Positions 10,036-20,517 of a DNA stretch of 64,000 nt are shown here, in pieces (the stretch's first letter is position 1; every line of letters starts with the position of its first letter). A program made the translations under genes and the position numbers. Source of the stretch: an uncultured archaeon (GTDB lineage Archaea; Asgardarchaeota; Lokiarchaeia; Sigyniarchaeales; SOKP01). The stretch is from contig CAZOYD010000005.1 of assembly GCA_964583985.1 (NCBI GenBank), forward strand, positions 24,696 to 88,695, read 5' to 3'. The notes under the pieces are model-generated. The model ran no database searches and was not told where the DNA came from. It worked only from the letters and a program-made list of their open reading frames with translations.

Positions 10036-10452
10036 TTATCGAAATGATTTTTGACGCCTTGCTCTAGCTTTTCTACCACCAAAATGCTTCGGTTCAGTTC
10101 TCCTTGAATCACCAGAAAGAAGAGATTCATCATATTCTCGAAATGATTTCTCAATTGTCTTTGTGCCAATAAATTTATTTATTGCCTTTGCTATTGCAAT
10201 TCGAACAGCATCAGTTTGACTCATTATTCCCCCGCCTTTCACTTTAACAGAAATATCACATTTTTCAAGTTTAGGATGGGTTATAACTTCAAATACTTCT
10301 TTTATTCTCAATCTCCCAATTTCTGGTTCGTAAATATCAAGTGGGACATTATTAATTTTAATTTGCCCTTTCGCTGGAAATTTTAAAGTAGCTCTAGCAA
10401 TAGCTGATTTTCTCTTTCCTGCAGATTGAACATACTTAGATTTTTCAGACAT
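10036..10452 (-). CDS. rps9: 30S ribosomal protein uS9
   Basis: GKRKSAIARA, VKGGG, DSRRTEPK, RQKSFR. Confidence 0.98.
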   Translation of the reverse strand: MSEKSKYVQSAGKRKSAIARATLKFPAKGQIKINNVPLDIYEPEIGRLRIKEVFEVITHPKLEKCDISVKVKGGGIMSQTDAVRIAIAKAINKFIGTKTIEKSFREYDESLLSGDSRRTEPKHFGGRKARARRQKSFR

Positions 10453-10457
10453 AATTT

Positions 10458-10928
10458 TTACGCCTCAATTTCTTTGTTGTTCCATCCAATTCGAGTACAA
10501 AGATTTTCTAATGTAATGTATTTATTATAATACGAAAGCCTACTCTTATCAGAATTTGGAATTTCATCCGATATTAATTTTTGATACCTCGATTTAAATC
10601 GGTCAGGAATATCACCAATGTAGATATGAACTCTCTTTAATGCTTCTTTACCCCTTAGTTTCTTTCTGGGGAGCATCTTTTTAATCACATTTCTCATGAA
10701 AGTATCTGGTCTTCTTGGCCAAAAAGGACCGCGACGTGGGTTAGTAGCAGTGCTTATTTCCAGTTTTTCCAAATATTTATTATGGATATTTAGCTTAGTT
10801 CCGCTTATTATTGCATATTTTGCATTTATAACAACTATTTTTTCTCCCAATAGTGCCTTTTTAGCAATTTGGCTGCAAAATCGCCCCAATATCTTATCAG
10901 TAGCATCTATTAATTGATATTCCTGCAT
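10458..10928 (-). CDS. rpl13: 50S ribosomal protein uL13
   Basis: IDATDKILGR, GPFWPRRP, KMLPRKK; conserved L18e-L13-S9 order. Confidence 0.98.
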   Translation of the reverse strand: MQEYQLIDATDKILGRFCSQIAKKALLGEKIVVINAKYAIISGTKLNIHNKYLEKLEISTATNPRRGPFWPRRPDTFMRNVIKKMLPRKKLRGKEALKRVHIYIGDIPDRFKSRYQKLISDEIPNSDKSRLSYYNKYITLENLCTRIGWNNKEIEA

Positions 10929-10945
10929 TTCTTCTCACTTACCTT

Positions 10946-11302
10946 CTAATAAAAGATTTTTATATTTTTTCCTTCAGGATTTTGTTCGAATAATTCGTTA
11001 ATTGATAATAACTTGCTTCCTGATTGCTCAATTTTCTTCTTTGCAGAATTTGAACACTCCAAACAAGCTATCGTTAATTTATGATTTAATTCACCAATAC
11101 CTAATACCTTGCCTGGAATGATAATGGTATCATTGAGATTAGTTTTCTTGTTTATCCTATAAAGATTTGCTTCTATTCTATTACTTCTTGGACTAGCTAT
11201 CTTTTTTGATACTTTTTTCCATATTCTTCTCTTAGTTTTCCAAAGTTCTCTAATTAGTTTCCTATTATAATAATTACTAGGACCTTTGCTCTGATGGCTC
11301 AT
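10946..11302 (-). CDS. rpl18e: 50S ribosomal protein eL18
   Basis: IIIPGKVLGIG, SAKKKIEQSG; gene order. Confidence 0.97.
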   Translation of the reverse strand: MSHQSKGPSNYYNRKLIRELWKTKRRIWKKVSKKIASPRSNRIEANLYRINKKTNLNDTIIIPGKVLGIGELNHKLTIACLECSNSAKKKIEQSGSKLLSINELFEQNPEGKNIKIFY

Positions 11303-11380
11303 TTTTTTTTCTCTCGTATTACGATGGTGTAATTAGTATATAAACTTAAATTTATAATATTTTAATAAATTTTGGATTGT

Positions 11381-12217
11381 TCAAGTCTCTATCTTAAGGT
11401 CCTCTAATTTAGTAATAAATTCATTAATTTTTTCATCAAATATTTCAAACGTCTTCCTAAAGAGAACATCAAAAGGTAATACTCCATCACTTTCGATCGT
11501 AATAATGTATACATTCTCTTTATCGGATACTTTAATTTTATCAGAATTGCTCTCGCAAGATTTACAAAGAGTGCAAGTTTTCCAATAATCATTCTTCAAT
11601 TTTAATCCTTTATTACTGGTTAATTCATATAGCTTCTCAGGACACATCTTAACAATTAAACTATTAACTTCTGGATCCTTCATATCCTTTTCATTAAATT
11701 CTATAACGGGATAATTTCGATAAGCAAAATTCGATAAAGCTTGCCATTTCGCGTGATCCTTAGCTTTTCCTAATATAGCATACGCCTCAATGATAACTTT
11801 ATCATTTTTATCAATTTTTACAATAGGAATCCTTGAATCAACCGGAACAATCTTAGGATCGTTTGAGATAAGATCTCCGGAATATATTTCTAAAGGAGAA
11901 TTAGTAGAATTACTTATTTCACAAGTTAATGATACTTGACATAGTGAGCAGCCATATCCTTCACATTCACATTCTTCAGGAAGTTTATATGTATCCAAGT
12001 CAGTTTTTAATGGAATTAATCCTAAACGATGCGCAATAATCTCGTCATAAAGCGGACTATCATTTTTTAAGATAATAACTTCATCGATTGCCATTACGGG
12101 GATTTCTGTTAACATAATTCTTCTGATTGCATTTATCATTTCAATAGAAACCCCTTCTACAATGAACTTGAGATTATGTTCGTCTTTATCGATTATATCA
12201 AGCTTAAGAGAACTCAT
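11381..12217 (-). CDS. rpoD: DNA-directed RNA polymerase subunit D (Rpo3)
   Basis: NAIRRIMLTEIP, DEIIAHRLGLIPL, KDHAKW, Fe-S insert CP...CTLCKSC. Confidence 0.97.
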   Translation of the reverse strand: MSSLKLDIIDKDEHNLKFIVEGVSIEMINAIRRIMLTEIPVMAIDEVIILKNDSPLYDEIIAHRLGLIPLKTDLDTYKLPEECECEGYGCSLCQVSLTCEISNSTNSPLEIYSGDLISNDPKIVPVDSRIPIVKIDKNDKVIIEAYAILGKAKDHAKWQALSNFAYRNYPVIEFNEKDMKDPEVNSLIVKMCPEKLYELTSNKGLKLKNDYWKTCTLCKSCESNSDKIKVSDKENVYIITIESDGVLPFDVLFRKTFEIFDEKINEFITKLEDLKIET

Positions 12218-12322
12218 GTTTGTTAGAAACCTAAAATATTATGCATAATAAATGAATATAATATGGAATATGCTATTTTAGATAAATTTTTCTGTTATAT
12301 CCAAAAAAATGAGGAAAAAATA

Positions 12323-13651
12323 TTAATAAAATTTCAAGTATTCATATGCTTTATTGTGTGTATCAAAACAATATTTTATTTCTTGGAAACCTTTTCGAAA
12401 ATCAATAACGTCTTCTTTTACCTTTTTTGGATCTTTCTTGTCAATCACGATCTTTTTAATCAATTCCGCAATATCAGTCATTTCACTTTTTCCCATCCCT
12501 AACCTAGTAACTTCAGAAGTTCCGATTCTCAAACCACCAGGGTTCTGATAATGTCTCCCTTCGGTAAGATCACGAGGAAGTAAGTTTCTATTCAAAATTA
12601 TATTGCTGGATTCCAATAATTTCTCGATGTCTCCACCTAATCCAATAGTTTTTTCAAGATCGGCAACATCAACCAATATTTGATGAGATTCCGTGAAACC
12701 TTTATGTTCCATTAAAACTGATAACCCTCTCTCATTAAGTGCTTGTCCAAGAGCTTTTGCATTGTCAATTACTTTCTTATGATACTCTTTTCCAAATTCA
12801 AGCATTTCGGCATAAGCAATAGCTAAGCCAGCTACATTATGCAAGTGATGATTAGATAAAAGTGCTGGAAAAGCGCTAGATCTTAGTCTCTCAACTAAAT
12901 CTTCTCTATTCGAAACCAATGTACCATGCTGAGGACCAGGTAGAGTTTTATGTGTGCTCATAGTCATTACATCTACTCCTTCTCTTAAAGGATCTTGAAA
13001 GTATCCTGACCCGATTAAACCTGCAACGTGAGCGGCATCATATCCGACATAAGCTCCCACTTCCTTGGCGACGTTACTGAGTTCTTTTACAGGATGTGGA
13101 AATAAAAACACGGATCCTCCAAATAATACCAGTTCGGGTTCAAATTCCCTAATAATTTTAGCGGATCCATCTATGTCTAAGTTCATTTCATCATTATCAA
13201 ACGCAAGATATTCAATATTTAAACCTCTTGTAGTCCCAGCAGTCCCAAAAATTTCTCGTCCACTTTTTGCGAATCGTGGACCATGAGAAATGTGTCCTCC
13301 TCGCATAATTGACATGCAACACATTTTTCCATTATTATCTGAAGTGCAAGCGTTATACATCGTTAAATTTGCTACAACTCCAGAGATTGGTCGAACATCG
13401 GCATGAATAGATTTAAAGTATTTATTCGCTAAATCCATGCATATATCCTCAATCTTATCAATATAACGACACCCTGCGTATACTCTTTCTCCGCTCCAAC
13501 CCTCTGCGTAGCGATGGCTAAAATCTGAATTACAAGCTTCATCAACTGCATGACTTGTAATGTTTTCTGAAGCAATTAATGGTATGGACTTACTAAACCA
13601 ATCGTGATGTTCCATTAAGTTCTCTCGAATTTCAGCAACAATATTCTTCAT
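12323..13651 (-). CDS. glyA: Serine hydroxymethyltransferase (archaeal type)
   Basis: LIASEN, RYAEG, GGHISH, YDAAHV, STHKTLPGPQHG (PLP Lys), GLRIGT. Confidence 0.97.
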   Translation of the reverse strand: MKNIVAEIRENLMEHHDWFSKSIPLIASENITSHAVDEACNSDFSHRYAEGWSGERVYAGCRYIDKIEDICMDLANKYFKSIHADVRPISGVVANLTMYNACTSDNNGKMCCMSIMRGGHISHGPRFAKSGREIFGTAGTTRGLNIEYLAFDNDEMNLDIDGSAKIIREFEPELVLFGGSVFLFPHPVKELSNVAKEVGAYVGYDAAHVAGLIGSGYFQDPLREGVDVMTMSTHKTLPGPQHGTLVSNREDLVERLRSSAFPALLSNHHLHNVAGLAIAYAEMLEFGKEYHKKVIDNAKALGQALNERGLSVLMEHKGFTESHQILVDVADLEKTIGLGGDIEKLLESSNIILNRNLLPRDLTEGRHYQNPGGLRIGTSEVTRLGMGKSEMTDIAELIKKIVIDKKDPKKVKEDVIDFRKGFQEIKYCFDTHNKAYEYLKFY

Positions 13652-13825
13652 TTTAATTTCATCTTTCTTAATTTGGTAAACTTGTAGAAAATTTATTATG
13701 TAATTTTAATAAATCATAATAAAAAAATAAATCGAACCAATAAATTTCATCAAATTTTAATAAGGGAGACGTTCATGTATATTAAAATAAAAATTATGAT
13801 TGATTTTGTTGAATATTGATGAAGT

Positions 13826-14116
13826 TTGCGGCAAAAAGCAATTAATTTTATATTAATATTAGGTATAGCCTTTACGAGTGTGATTATTCTTTATTGGAGA
13901 ATAACTATTGAAAGCGAAAATGATAATGCTAATCAACCCTCCATTATTACTAGTTATTATCCATTAATAAATCCTCAGATAAATGAAACAGAAATTCAAG
14001 AGTTTAATATTAGTGCTATTGATCCAGATGGTGAATATCTAACATTTGGACGGTATCTCAATGGAACTGGGGTTAGTGGGAATTTAACTTCCTTTAATTA
14101 TTCAATTTACCCATGA
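13826..14116 (+). pseudogene. Probable truncated remnant of a membrane-anchored Ig/cadherin-like surface protein
   Basis: N-terminal TM, then QPSIITSYYP...FNISAIDPDGEYLTF, stopping mid-domain; the Trp usual for this fold appears as Arg (CGG). Confidence 0.5.
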
Positions 14117-14125
14117 ATAAATTGA

Positions 14126-15052
14126 TTAATCTCTTGATTCTAAAATCAATCGAGCTTCATATAAATTCAATCGTTTTCCTGCTTTCTGCTTCTCCAAGGC
14201 AGTAGCTAATTTATCTTCTTTAAGTTTTTGGAGTTCATCATTCTTCTCTTTATTGTATTTGTATGATTTTTGAAATTTCTCAGGTTTCTTATTGCGAGTA
14301 TTCTGAACTTTCCTCTTAGATACTGTTTTCCTCTGATTCATGACCTTTAAAAATTGCTCATGATACGCATCAGCAGCTTTCTTGTTGTTAATTAATTCTT
14401 CTTCTGTTTTCTTCTTCTTTTCTTTTAGTTCATTTATTCGATCGTAGACTTCTTGGAGTTTTGAATGATAATTTTGAGATTTATTTGACCATTTGGTCAA
14501 TTGCTCATATATCTTGTTTAAATTGATTTTAACTATTTGGATTTTTCGTTCGATTTTAAAGAATTCAGAATTTTTCTGTTCTGCCAAGTAATCTTGCTTA
14601 GCTTCTGTCAATTCTCCAATTTTATCAATAATTGAGTTTTCTTCAGCAATATCCAACTTTTCAGTCTCGATAACTCTTTCTAAGTTCTCAATTTTGCGAT
14701 CAATTTGCTTGATGGACGAGAAATTATTATTAGATTTTTTATCTTTTCTGAATTCTTTCTGAAGGGCTTTCCGCTCCTCTAAGCAAGAATCAAGAATTGA
14801 TTTATACTCATTCTTTTTCTCTTTGAGTATTTTTACTTTCTCATTCCAATAGTCTCTTTTCTTTTTGTAATTTTCCTTTGATACTTTGAGCAAATTATCA
14901 ATCTCTGTATCAATCTCTTGTAAACTAGTTATAAAATCTTTTGTTTTTTTATTTAATTCATCCCTTTTCTCTCGAAAGTCCTCAATCTGTAGTTGTAATC
15001 CTTTAAATGAGTTCCTAGAAGGTTGAGATGCGCTATTATTATCTTTACTCAT
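14126..15052 (-). CDS. Archaeal long coiled-coil protein (COG1340-like)
   Basis: Heptad-rich throughout, REKRDELN, ADAYHEQF, KAGKRLNLYE. Confidence 0.8.
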   Translation of the reverse strand: MSKDNNSASQPSRNSFKGLQLQIEDFREKRDELNKKTKDFITSLQEIDTEIDNLLKVSKENYKKKRDYWNEKVKILKEKKNEYKSILDSCLEERKALQKEFRKDKKSNNNFSSIKQIDRKIENLERVIETEKLDIAEENSIIDKIGELTEAKQDYLAEQKNSEFFKIERKIQIVKINLNKIYEQLTKWSNKSQNYHSKLQEVYDRINELKEKKKKTEEELINNKKAADAYHEQFLKVMNQRKTVSKRKVQNTRNKKPEKFQKSYKYNKEKNDELQKLKEDKLATALEKQKAGKRLNLYEARLILESRD

Positions 15053-15301
15053 GAATAGAATCTTAATCGAGTAATTATAAAGAAGATTATACTAAACAAT
15101 TATATATTTCAATTTTCCATATATTTTATATTTTTTGTAATAGATATAAAAATCAAATTTTATTACTATTTAAAGACATATCTGTCAAAAATGTGAATTT
15201 TGGAAAAAATTAGAGCATGAATCTAAAATCAATCATTTTTAAAAAGTTAAAGCATTATTCTATAAATAGTAGCATTAAACTTTATTGAAAATCAATAAAT
15301 A

Positions 15302-16168
15302 ATGAGCGCTGAATTAATACAAGATAATGATCTTGTTTATTTAATCTTGGACGAACGAAGAAGATGGCTTTTACAAGTAGAAAAAGGAAAAGAATTTCAT
15401 TCAGATAGAGGCATCATTAAATTTGATGATATTATTGGAGAAACATTTGGTACGGTAGTATTTTCGCATCCACACGATACTCAAGGCTACAAATTTTATG
15501 TTTTAAAACCTTTACTCGCTGATTATGTAATATACATGGGAAGAAAAACCCAAATCATCTATCCTGAGGACGCTGGACTTATCATAATGTATTCTGGAAT
15601 TAAACCTGGTAGCAAGGTAATTGAAGCAGGATGCGGTTCTGGAGCTTTATCGTGCATATTAGGAACTTTCGTCCAACCAACTGGTCATGTTTATTCATAT
15701 GACATTAGAGAAAAAAGCTTGCGGACAGCAGAGAGAAATGTCAAAAGAGCAAATTTACAAGAAATCGTCTCAATTAAGAATGGAGATATTCTTATGGATG
15801 AATTGGCTCATGAAAATGTTGATTCTGTTATATTAGATATGCCTCAACCATGGGAGGCAATTTCTAAAGTAAAAAATTATTTAAAACTATCCGGAACTTT
15901 AGTCTCTTTTTCACCTACAATCGAGCAAGTTAAGAAAACAACATTTGCTTTGCAAAATAATGATTTCACAGAGATCTATTCCTATGAATTGATTAAAAGA
16001 GCCCTACAAGTAAAAGAAAACGCAACAAGACCTCAAGTAAGAATGATCGGTCATACAGGATATATAACTGTAGGAAGGAAGATTTTAGATCTAAAAAATC
16101 CGTATAGAGAGAGAAAACCTAAAAATTTTGAAAAAGTCTCCTTAGAAGGGATGCCTTTAAAAGAGTGA
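15302..16168 (+). CDS. trmI: tRNA (adenine57/58-N1)-methyltransferase TrmI/Gcd14
   Basis: RKTQIIYPED, EAGCGSG, LDMPQPW, FSPTIEQ, GHTGY. Confidence 0.96.
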   Translation: MSAELIQDNDLVYLILDERRRWLLQVEKGKEFHSDRGIIKFDDIIGETFGTVVFSHPHDTQGYKFYVLKPLLADYVIYMGRKTQIIYPEDAGLIIMYSGIKPGSKVIEAGCGSGALSCILGTFVQPTGHVYSYDIREKSLRTAERNVKRANLQEIVSIKNGDILMDELAHENVDSVILDMPQPWEAISKVKNYLKLSGTLVSFSPTIEQVKKTTFALQNNDFTEIYSYELIKRALQVKENATRPQVRMIGHTGYITVGRKILDLKNPYRERKPKNFEKVSLEGMPLKE

Positions 16169-16176
16169 TGGGTGAA

Positions 16177-16599
16177 TTAAAATCCTTTTAATTTGACACC
16201 TGTCTGCATTTCTTTTTTCTTTTTGTATCTCTGAGTTTTAAAAAAATTACGTCCTTTTTCTGGTAAAATTTCCATGTACTTCCTGAGAACATCTTCAACG
16301 AAGTCCCTTGTTGGCTTGTTAGCTATTTTACTTGGATTTGTTAGAAAAGATAAGATCTCTTGATCTTTTGAATCTGGAGATATTCCCAAATTCTTAATGG
16401 GTATGTGAAATGAATGAGTAAACCACCCAACAGTTTTTTCATCATGTGCAATAACACGCAAGATATTAGCATCTCCTTTTTTAATTTTAAAATCAATTAT
16501 TTTCTTGCCAGGCCTTACGATAATAGTGGCATAAAGAGGAATCTCATTCTTTGGGTCGTGTATTTTTTTTAAGAATTTTTTGAGTTTATCATCACTCAT
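16177..16599 (-). CDS. Hypothetical basic protein
   Basis: 140-aa ORF with ATG start, no recognised motif. Confidence 0.65.
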   Translation of the reverse strand: MSDDKLKKFLKKIHDPKNEIPLYATIIVRPGKKIIDFKIKKGDANILRVIAHDEKTVGWFTHSFHIPIKNLGISPDSKDQEILSFLTNPSKIANKPTRDFVEDVLRKYMEILPEKGRNFFKTQRYKKKKEMQTGVKLKGF

Positions 16600-16710
16600 G
16601 TTATTTCAGATAGTAAAGATCTTATATATTAATTGTATTAATGATTTATCTCTCAAAAAACTTTTCAAAGTAAATATCTTATTTTCTTTAATAAAAAAGA
16701 ATGATAATAT

Positions 16711-17145
16711 TTGATGTTCAAAATGACTGTTAAATTAATGACTTTTGAAATACATTCAAATCCTTTTTGCGATTTAATAGATATTACCAACCAAGTTCAA
16801 GATGCAGTTAATAATAGCGATATACTTAACGGAATCGTCAATGTTCATGTTGCTGGATCGACAGCTGCGATTTCAACAATCGAATTTGAACCCGGATTGG
16901 TTAAAAGCGATATAAAAGAATTTTTAGAAAATATCATACCATATAAACGTGAATACAAGCATCATCGGACTTGGGGTGACCATAATGGTTCAGGTCATGT
17001 CAGAAGTTTTCTTATAAAAACCTCTGAGACCTTTCCTTTTCAAAAAGGAAAGTTAATTTTAGGCAACTGGCAACAGATTATCTTCTGTGAATTTGACGAA
17101 AAGCCTCGCCGACGCACAATTTATTGCCAAATTATTGGGGAATGA
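16711..17145 (+). CDS. yjbQ: YjbQ / UPF0047 family protein
   Basis: GSTAAISTIEFEP, YKH, NGSGHVRS, LGNWQQIIFCEFD. Confidence 0.93.
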   Translation: MMFKMTVKLMTFEIHSNPFCDLIDITNQVQDAVNNSDILNGIVNVHVAGSTAAISTIEFEPGLVKSDIKEFLENIIPYKREYKHHRTWGDHNGSGHVRSFLIKTSETFPFQKGKLILGNWQQIIFCEFDEKPRRRTIYCQIIGE

Positions 17146-17148
17146 ATG

Positions 17149-17373
17149 TTATGTATTCTTTTGAATTATATTTGTAAATTCTTCAACCAATAAAGTATAT
17201 ACATCCCTACGACGCATATCATCAAATTCATCAATCATCTTTATGATCTTGGATTTTTTTTCATTTATCTCTGACTCAAATGAAGGGATTTTTCTGATGA
17301 ATTGCTCGCTCCTATTCTTTATGCTAATTTGATATTCTAAATATTGTAAAAAATTGCTATTTTTTCCTTCCAT
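17149..17373 (-). CDS. Small hypothetical protein
   Basis: 74-aa ORF, SD-like GGAAAGGT upstream. Confidence 0.5.
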   Translation of the reverse strand: MEGKNSNFLQYLEYQISIKNRSEQFIRKIPSFESEINEKKSKIIKMIDEFDDMRRRDVYTLLVEEFTNIIQKNT

Positions 17374-17589
17374 TATTTGTACCTTTCCAATTTAATTCAC
17401 TTGACGATATGAAAATAGCTGGTTAATTAAAATGGGAGTATTATTTACATGACTCGTCATTAACATTGGAATATTATCAAAAGAATACGCGTGATCTTGC
17501 TTCTAAACACGAAGAACATAAGATTAAAAATAATGAATTTTACTTGATAATAAAATATTCGAAAATAACCAAGTATCTTAAAATTTAGC

Positions 17590-18534
17590 GTGAAGTGTAT
17601 GGAAGAATTTTACAAAGTAATTATTTCTGGACTAGATAACGCAGGAAAAACGTCAATATTAACAGCGTTAGATAAAAAATATGATTTTAACAAGGAAATT
17701 GTTGCTCTAAAGCCCACCATTAGAGTGGAATATCATGCAACCCAATTTTTAAAAAATCGAATAGTTTTCTGGGATATGGGAGGACAAACTAAGTTTCGAG
17801 AGTTATACCAAAAGAAGCAAGATCTTTATTTCGCTGGGACTGATTTAATGGTATATGTAATAGATATTCAAGATGAGGACAGATTAAATACCTCCTTGGA
17901 ATATTTGGATTCCATTTTACATCATTTTATGAAAAATAAATTGGATATTCCCTTGATAATTTCCTTTCATAAGTATGATCCAGAAATAAGGGCAAAAGAG
18001 AAGACGATTAGCATAATTAATGAGTTAAAAGAACGGATTAGTGAAAAATATCCTTCTTTTAAGATTTTATTCCAACTAACATCAATCTATGATATTATTT
18101 CTATCGTCCAATTAATTTCATACGGGTTGTCTATCTTTGATGACAAATTTTATGATCTCTCAGAATTATTGGAAAATTATTTAAATGAATTTAATTGCAC
18201 TTCATTGATTGTTTTTGATAAAAATGGGATTATCATAAGTGAATACTACAGCGAATTAGTTGAACCTGAGATATACATTGAACTTATCGAATCTATTAAG
18301 GATCACCTCTTTCTCCTTAAAAGAATGTTGGAAGAATCATATGAGACTGATTATAATTTTTCTAATGTTGGAAAAAACTTGCTTTCATATCTTCACAGAA
18401 TTGAAATTGCTGATAATTCACTGTTTATCTCAGTGATTATTAAAGAATCGCTGAAAGAAGAATTTCTGGAGAAATTTTCTGATTTTCTGAATGAACTTAA
18501 AAAGTTATTAATACCGCTTTTAAGTCAAAATTAA
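17590..18534 (+). CDS. Arf/Rag-like small GTPase with C-terminal roadblock/longin-like domain (eukaryotic signature protein)
   Basis: G1 GLDNAGKTS, G2 PT, G3 WDMGGQ, G4 HKYD, G5 TSIYD; C-terminal LIVFDKNGIIISE alpha/beta domain. Confidence 0.88.
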   Translation: MKCMEEFYKVIISGLDNAGKTSILTALDKKYDFNKEIVALKPTIRVEYHATQFLKNRIVFWDMGGQTKFRELYQKKQDLYFAGTDLMVYVIDIQDEDRLNTSLEYLDSILHHFMKNKLDIPLIISFHKYDPEIRAKEKTISIINELKERISEKYPSFKILFQLTSIYDIISIVQLISYGLSIFDDKFYDLSELLENYLNEFNCTSLIVFDKNGIIISEYYSELVEPEIYIELIESIKDHLFLLKRMLEESYETDYNFSNVGKNLLSYLHRIEIADNSLFISVIIKESLKEEFLEKFSDFLNELKKLLIPLLSQN

Positions 18535-18665
18535 ATTATTCTTCTCCATTGATATATTTCTTTTTTCTCTTTTGAATACTTGATCTTAGTGAAAAATCCT
18601 AAAACCTAAAAAATAGGAAATATTATCAAATAAAAATAGAACTGAAATTTATTGCTGATACGATA

Positions 18666-19820
18666 ATGTCCGATTTTATAGTCACTCCATGGGAAGTTTC
18701 TGGAGAGGTAGATTATGATCAACTGATAAAAGAATTTGGAATAGAGCCAATTGATGATCAGTTATTGCTTAATTTGAAGAAAGTGACGAATGAGCTTCAT
18801 CCCTTTCTAACGAGAAAAATTTTTTTTGCTCATCGAGATTTAAATTGGATATTAGATGAGTATCAAAAAGGAAATCCCTTCTATCTATATACGGGGAGGG
18901 GTCCATCTGGAAATGTCCATTTAGGTCATGTCATGCCTTGGATATTTACAAAGTGGCTTCAAGATAAATTTGATGTGGAACTATGGTTTCAACTAACAGA
19001 CGATGAGAAATTTTTATTTAACCAATCGCTTTCAATGGAAGATGCTTATAAATTTTCATATGATAACGCTTTAGATATCATTGCTTTGGGATTTGATCCT
19101 AAAAGGACTTTTATCTTTTCAGATATTGATCTCGCGGGAACTCTCTATAAAAATGCCTTAAAAATTTCGAAGAAAATTACCTTTTCTACCATAAAAGCTA
19201 CTTTTGGATTTGATAATAGTGCTAATATTGGTCAAATTTTTTATACCAGTATTCAAACTGTCCCAGCTATAATCAAGAGCATAATTGAAAATAAAAATGT
19301 TCCTTGTGTGATTCCTCACGCTGTTGATCAAGATCCTCATTTTCGGTTATCAAGAGACGTTTTACCAAAATTAGGTTATTACAAACCAGCTTCCATACAA
19401 TGTATCTTTCTGCCAAGTCTTCAACAAGGAGGAAAAATGTCTGCTTCTATGGAACATACCGCGATTTTCACAAAAGATACACCCGATATTGTTAAGAAAA
19501 AAGTAAATAATGCCTTTACAGGTGGTCAAGCAAGTGCAAAAATTCAAAGAGAATTAGGAGGAAATCCTTCAATATGTTCGGTTTACAAGTATCATTTTAT
19601 GCTTTTCACTTTAGATGATGATGAAATCAAAAAAATTCAAACAAGATGCGTTGGTGGAGATCTTTTATGTGGGGAGTGTAAATCTAACCTTATCCAAAAG
19701 ATAAATGGCTTTCTCAAAAAACACCAAGAACAAAGAGAAAAAGCAAAAGATGTATTAGATGATTATTTACTCAATGAGAAGATTGATTTAAGATCAATGA
19801 TAAATGAAAAGATTAAATAA
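18666..19820 (+). CDS. trpS: Tryptophanyl-tRNA synthetase (archaeal/eukaryotic type)
   Basis: VTPWEV, YTGRGPS, HLGH, DQDPHFR, KMSAS. Confidence 0.97.
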   Translation: MSDFIVTPWEVSGEVDYDQLIKEFGIEPIDDQLLLNLKKVTNELHPFLTRKIFFAHRDLNWILDEYQKGNPFYLYTGRGPSGNVHLGHVMPWIFTKWLQDKFDVELWFQLTDDEKFLFNQSLSMEDAYKFSYDNALDIIALGFDPKRTFIFSDIDLAGTLYKNALKISKKITFSTIKATFGFDNSANIGQIFYTSIQTVPAIIKSIIENKNVPCVIPHAVDQDPHFRLSRDVLPKLGYYKPASIQCIFLPSLQQGGKMSASMEHTAIFTKDTPDIVKKKVNNAFTGGQASAKIQRELGGNPSICSVYKYHFMLFTLDDDEIKKIQTRCVGGDLLCGECKSNLIQKINGFLKKHQEQREKAKDVLDDYLLNEKIDLRSMINEKIK

Positions 19821-20001
19821 TTTTAAGAAATATTGGAATATTCATTTTTCAAAGAAAGATTTAAAGCATACACAAGAATATTGAACTTTTTCAATACTTA
19901 ATAATAATACTTATTATTTTTTCACGAAAATGGGTAGACTTTAAATATTTTTCAAAATATAATATATTGTTATTTTGCGATTAGCACTCAAGGGTTAAAT
20001 A

Positions 20002-20517
20002 ATGGTACCTACAAATCCAAATCAAAAAAAAAATGTGAAGAAGGAAAAATTACTTGATAAAATTGATAGAAACATTATAAGAATTCTGCAGAAAAATGCT
20101 AAAACTTCCTATAGAGAAATTCAAGAAAAGTTAGGCATATCGATTGGTACAATCCATAATAGAATCACTAAACTCGAGGAGAGCCAAATCATTGAAGGAT
20201 ATACCATTAATCTTAACAACATAAAACTTGGATATAAATTCACCTTTCTCATTCGAGTTCAAATTGATGGTAAGCATACTTCAGAAATTTTGGAAGGATT
20301 TAAAGAAAAACCCGAGGTTTGCTCGATTTTTCACACAACCGGTGAGCAATCTGCAGCGTTAATTTGCAGATTTAAAGAACCTGAAAATGTTCACGATTTT
20401 ATCAGATCTATCAATGAAGAACAATGGGTTACCAAGACTACATCTAACATGGTTTTAAAGGAATATAAGAACACTTCCTCGATAAAACTTCCTAAAGAAC
20501 CTACTGAGGAAGTTTAG
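20002..20517 (+). CDS. Lrp/AsnC-family transcriptional regulator
   Basis: LDKIDRNIIRILQKNAKTSYREI HTH; TTGE RAM motif. Confidence 0.93.
   Translation: MVPTNPNQKKNVKKEKLLDKIDRNIIRILQKNAKTSYREIQEKLGISIGTIHNRITKLEESQIIEGYTINLNNIKLGYKFTFLIRVQIDGKHTSEILEGFKEKPEVCSIFHTTGEQSAALICRFKEPENVHDFIRSINEEQWVTKTTSNMVLKEYKNTSSIKLPKEPTEEV

Noticed and set aside
17430-17465. Hairpin in the 17374-17589 intergenic region as a SECIS element
   Set aside because: No tandem GA quartet on the 3' arm and no adjacent UGA-containing gene
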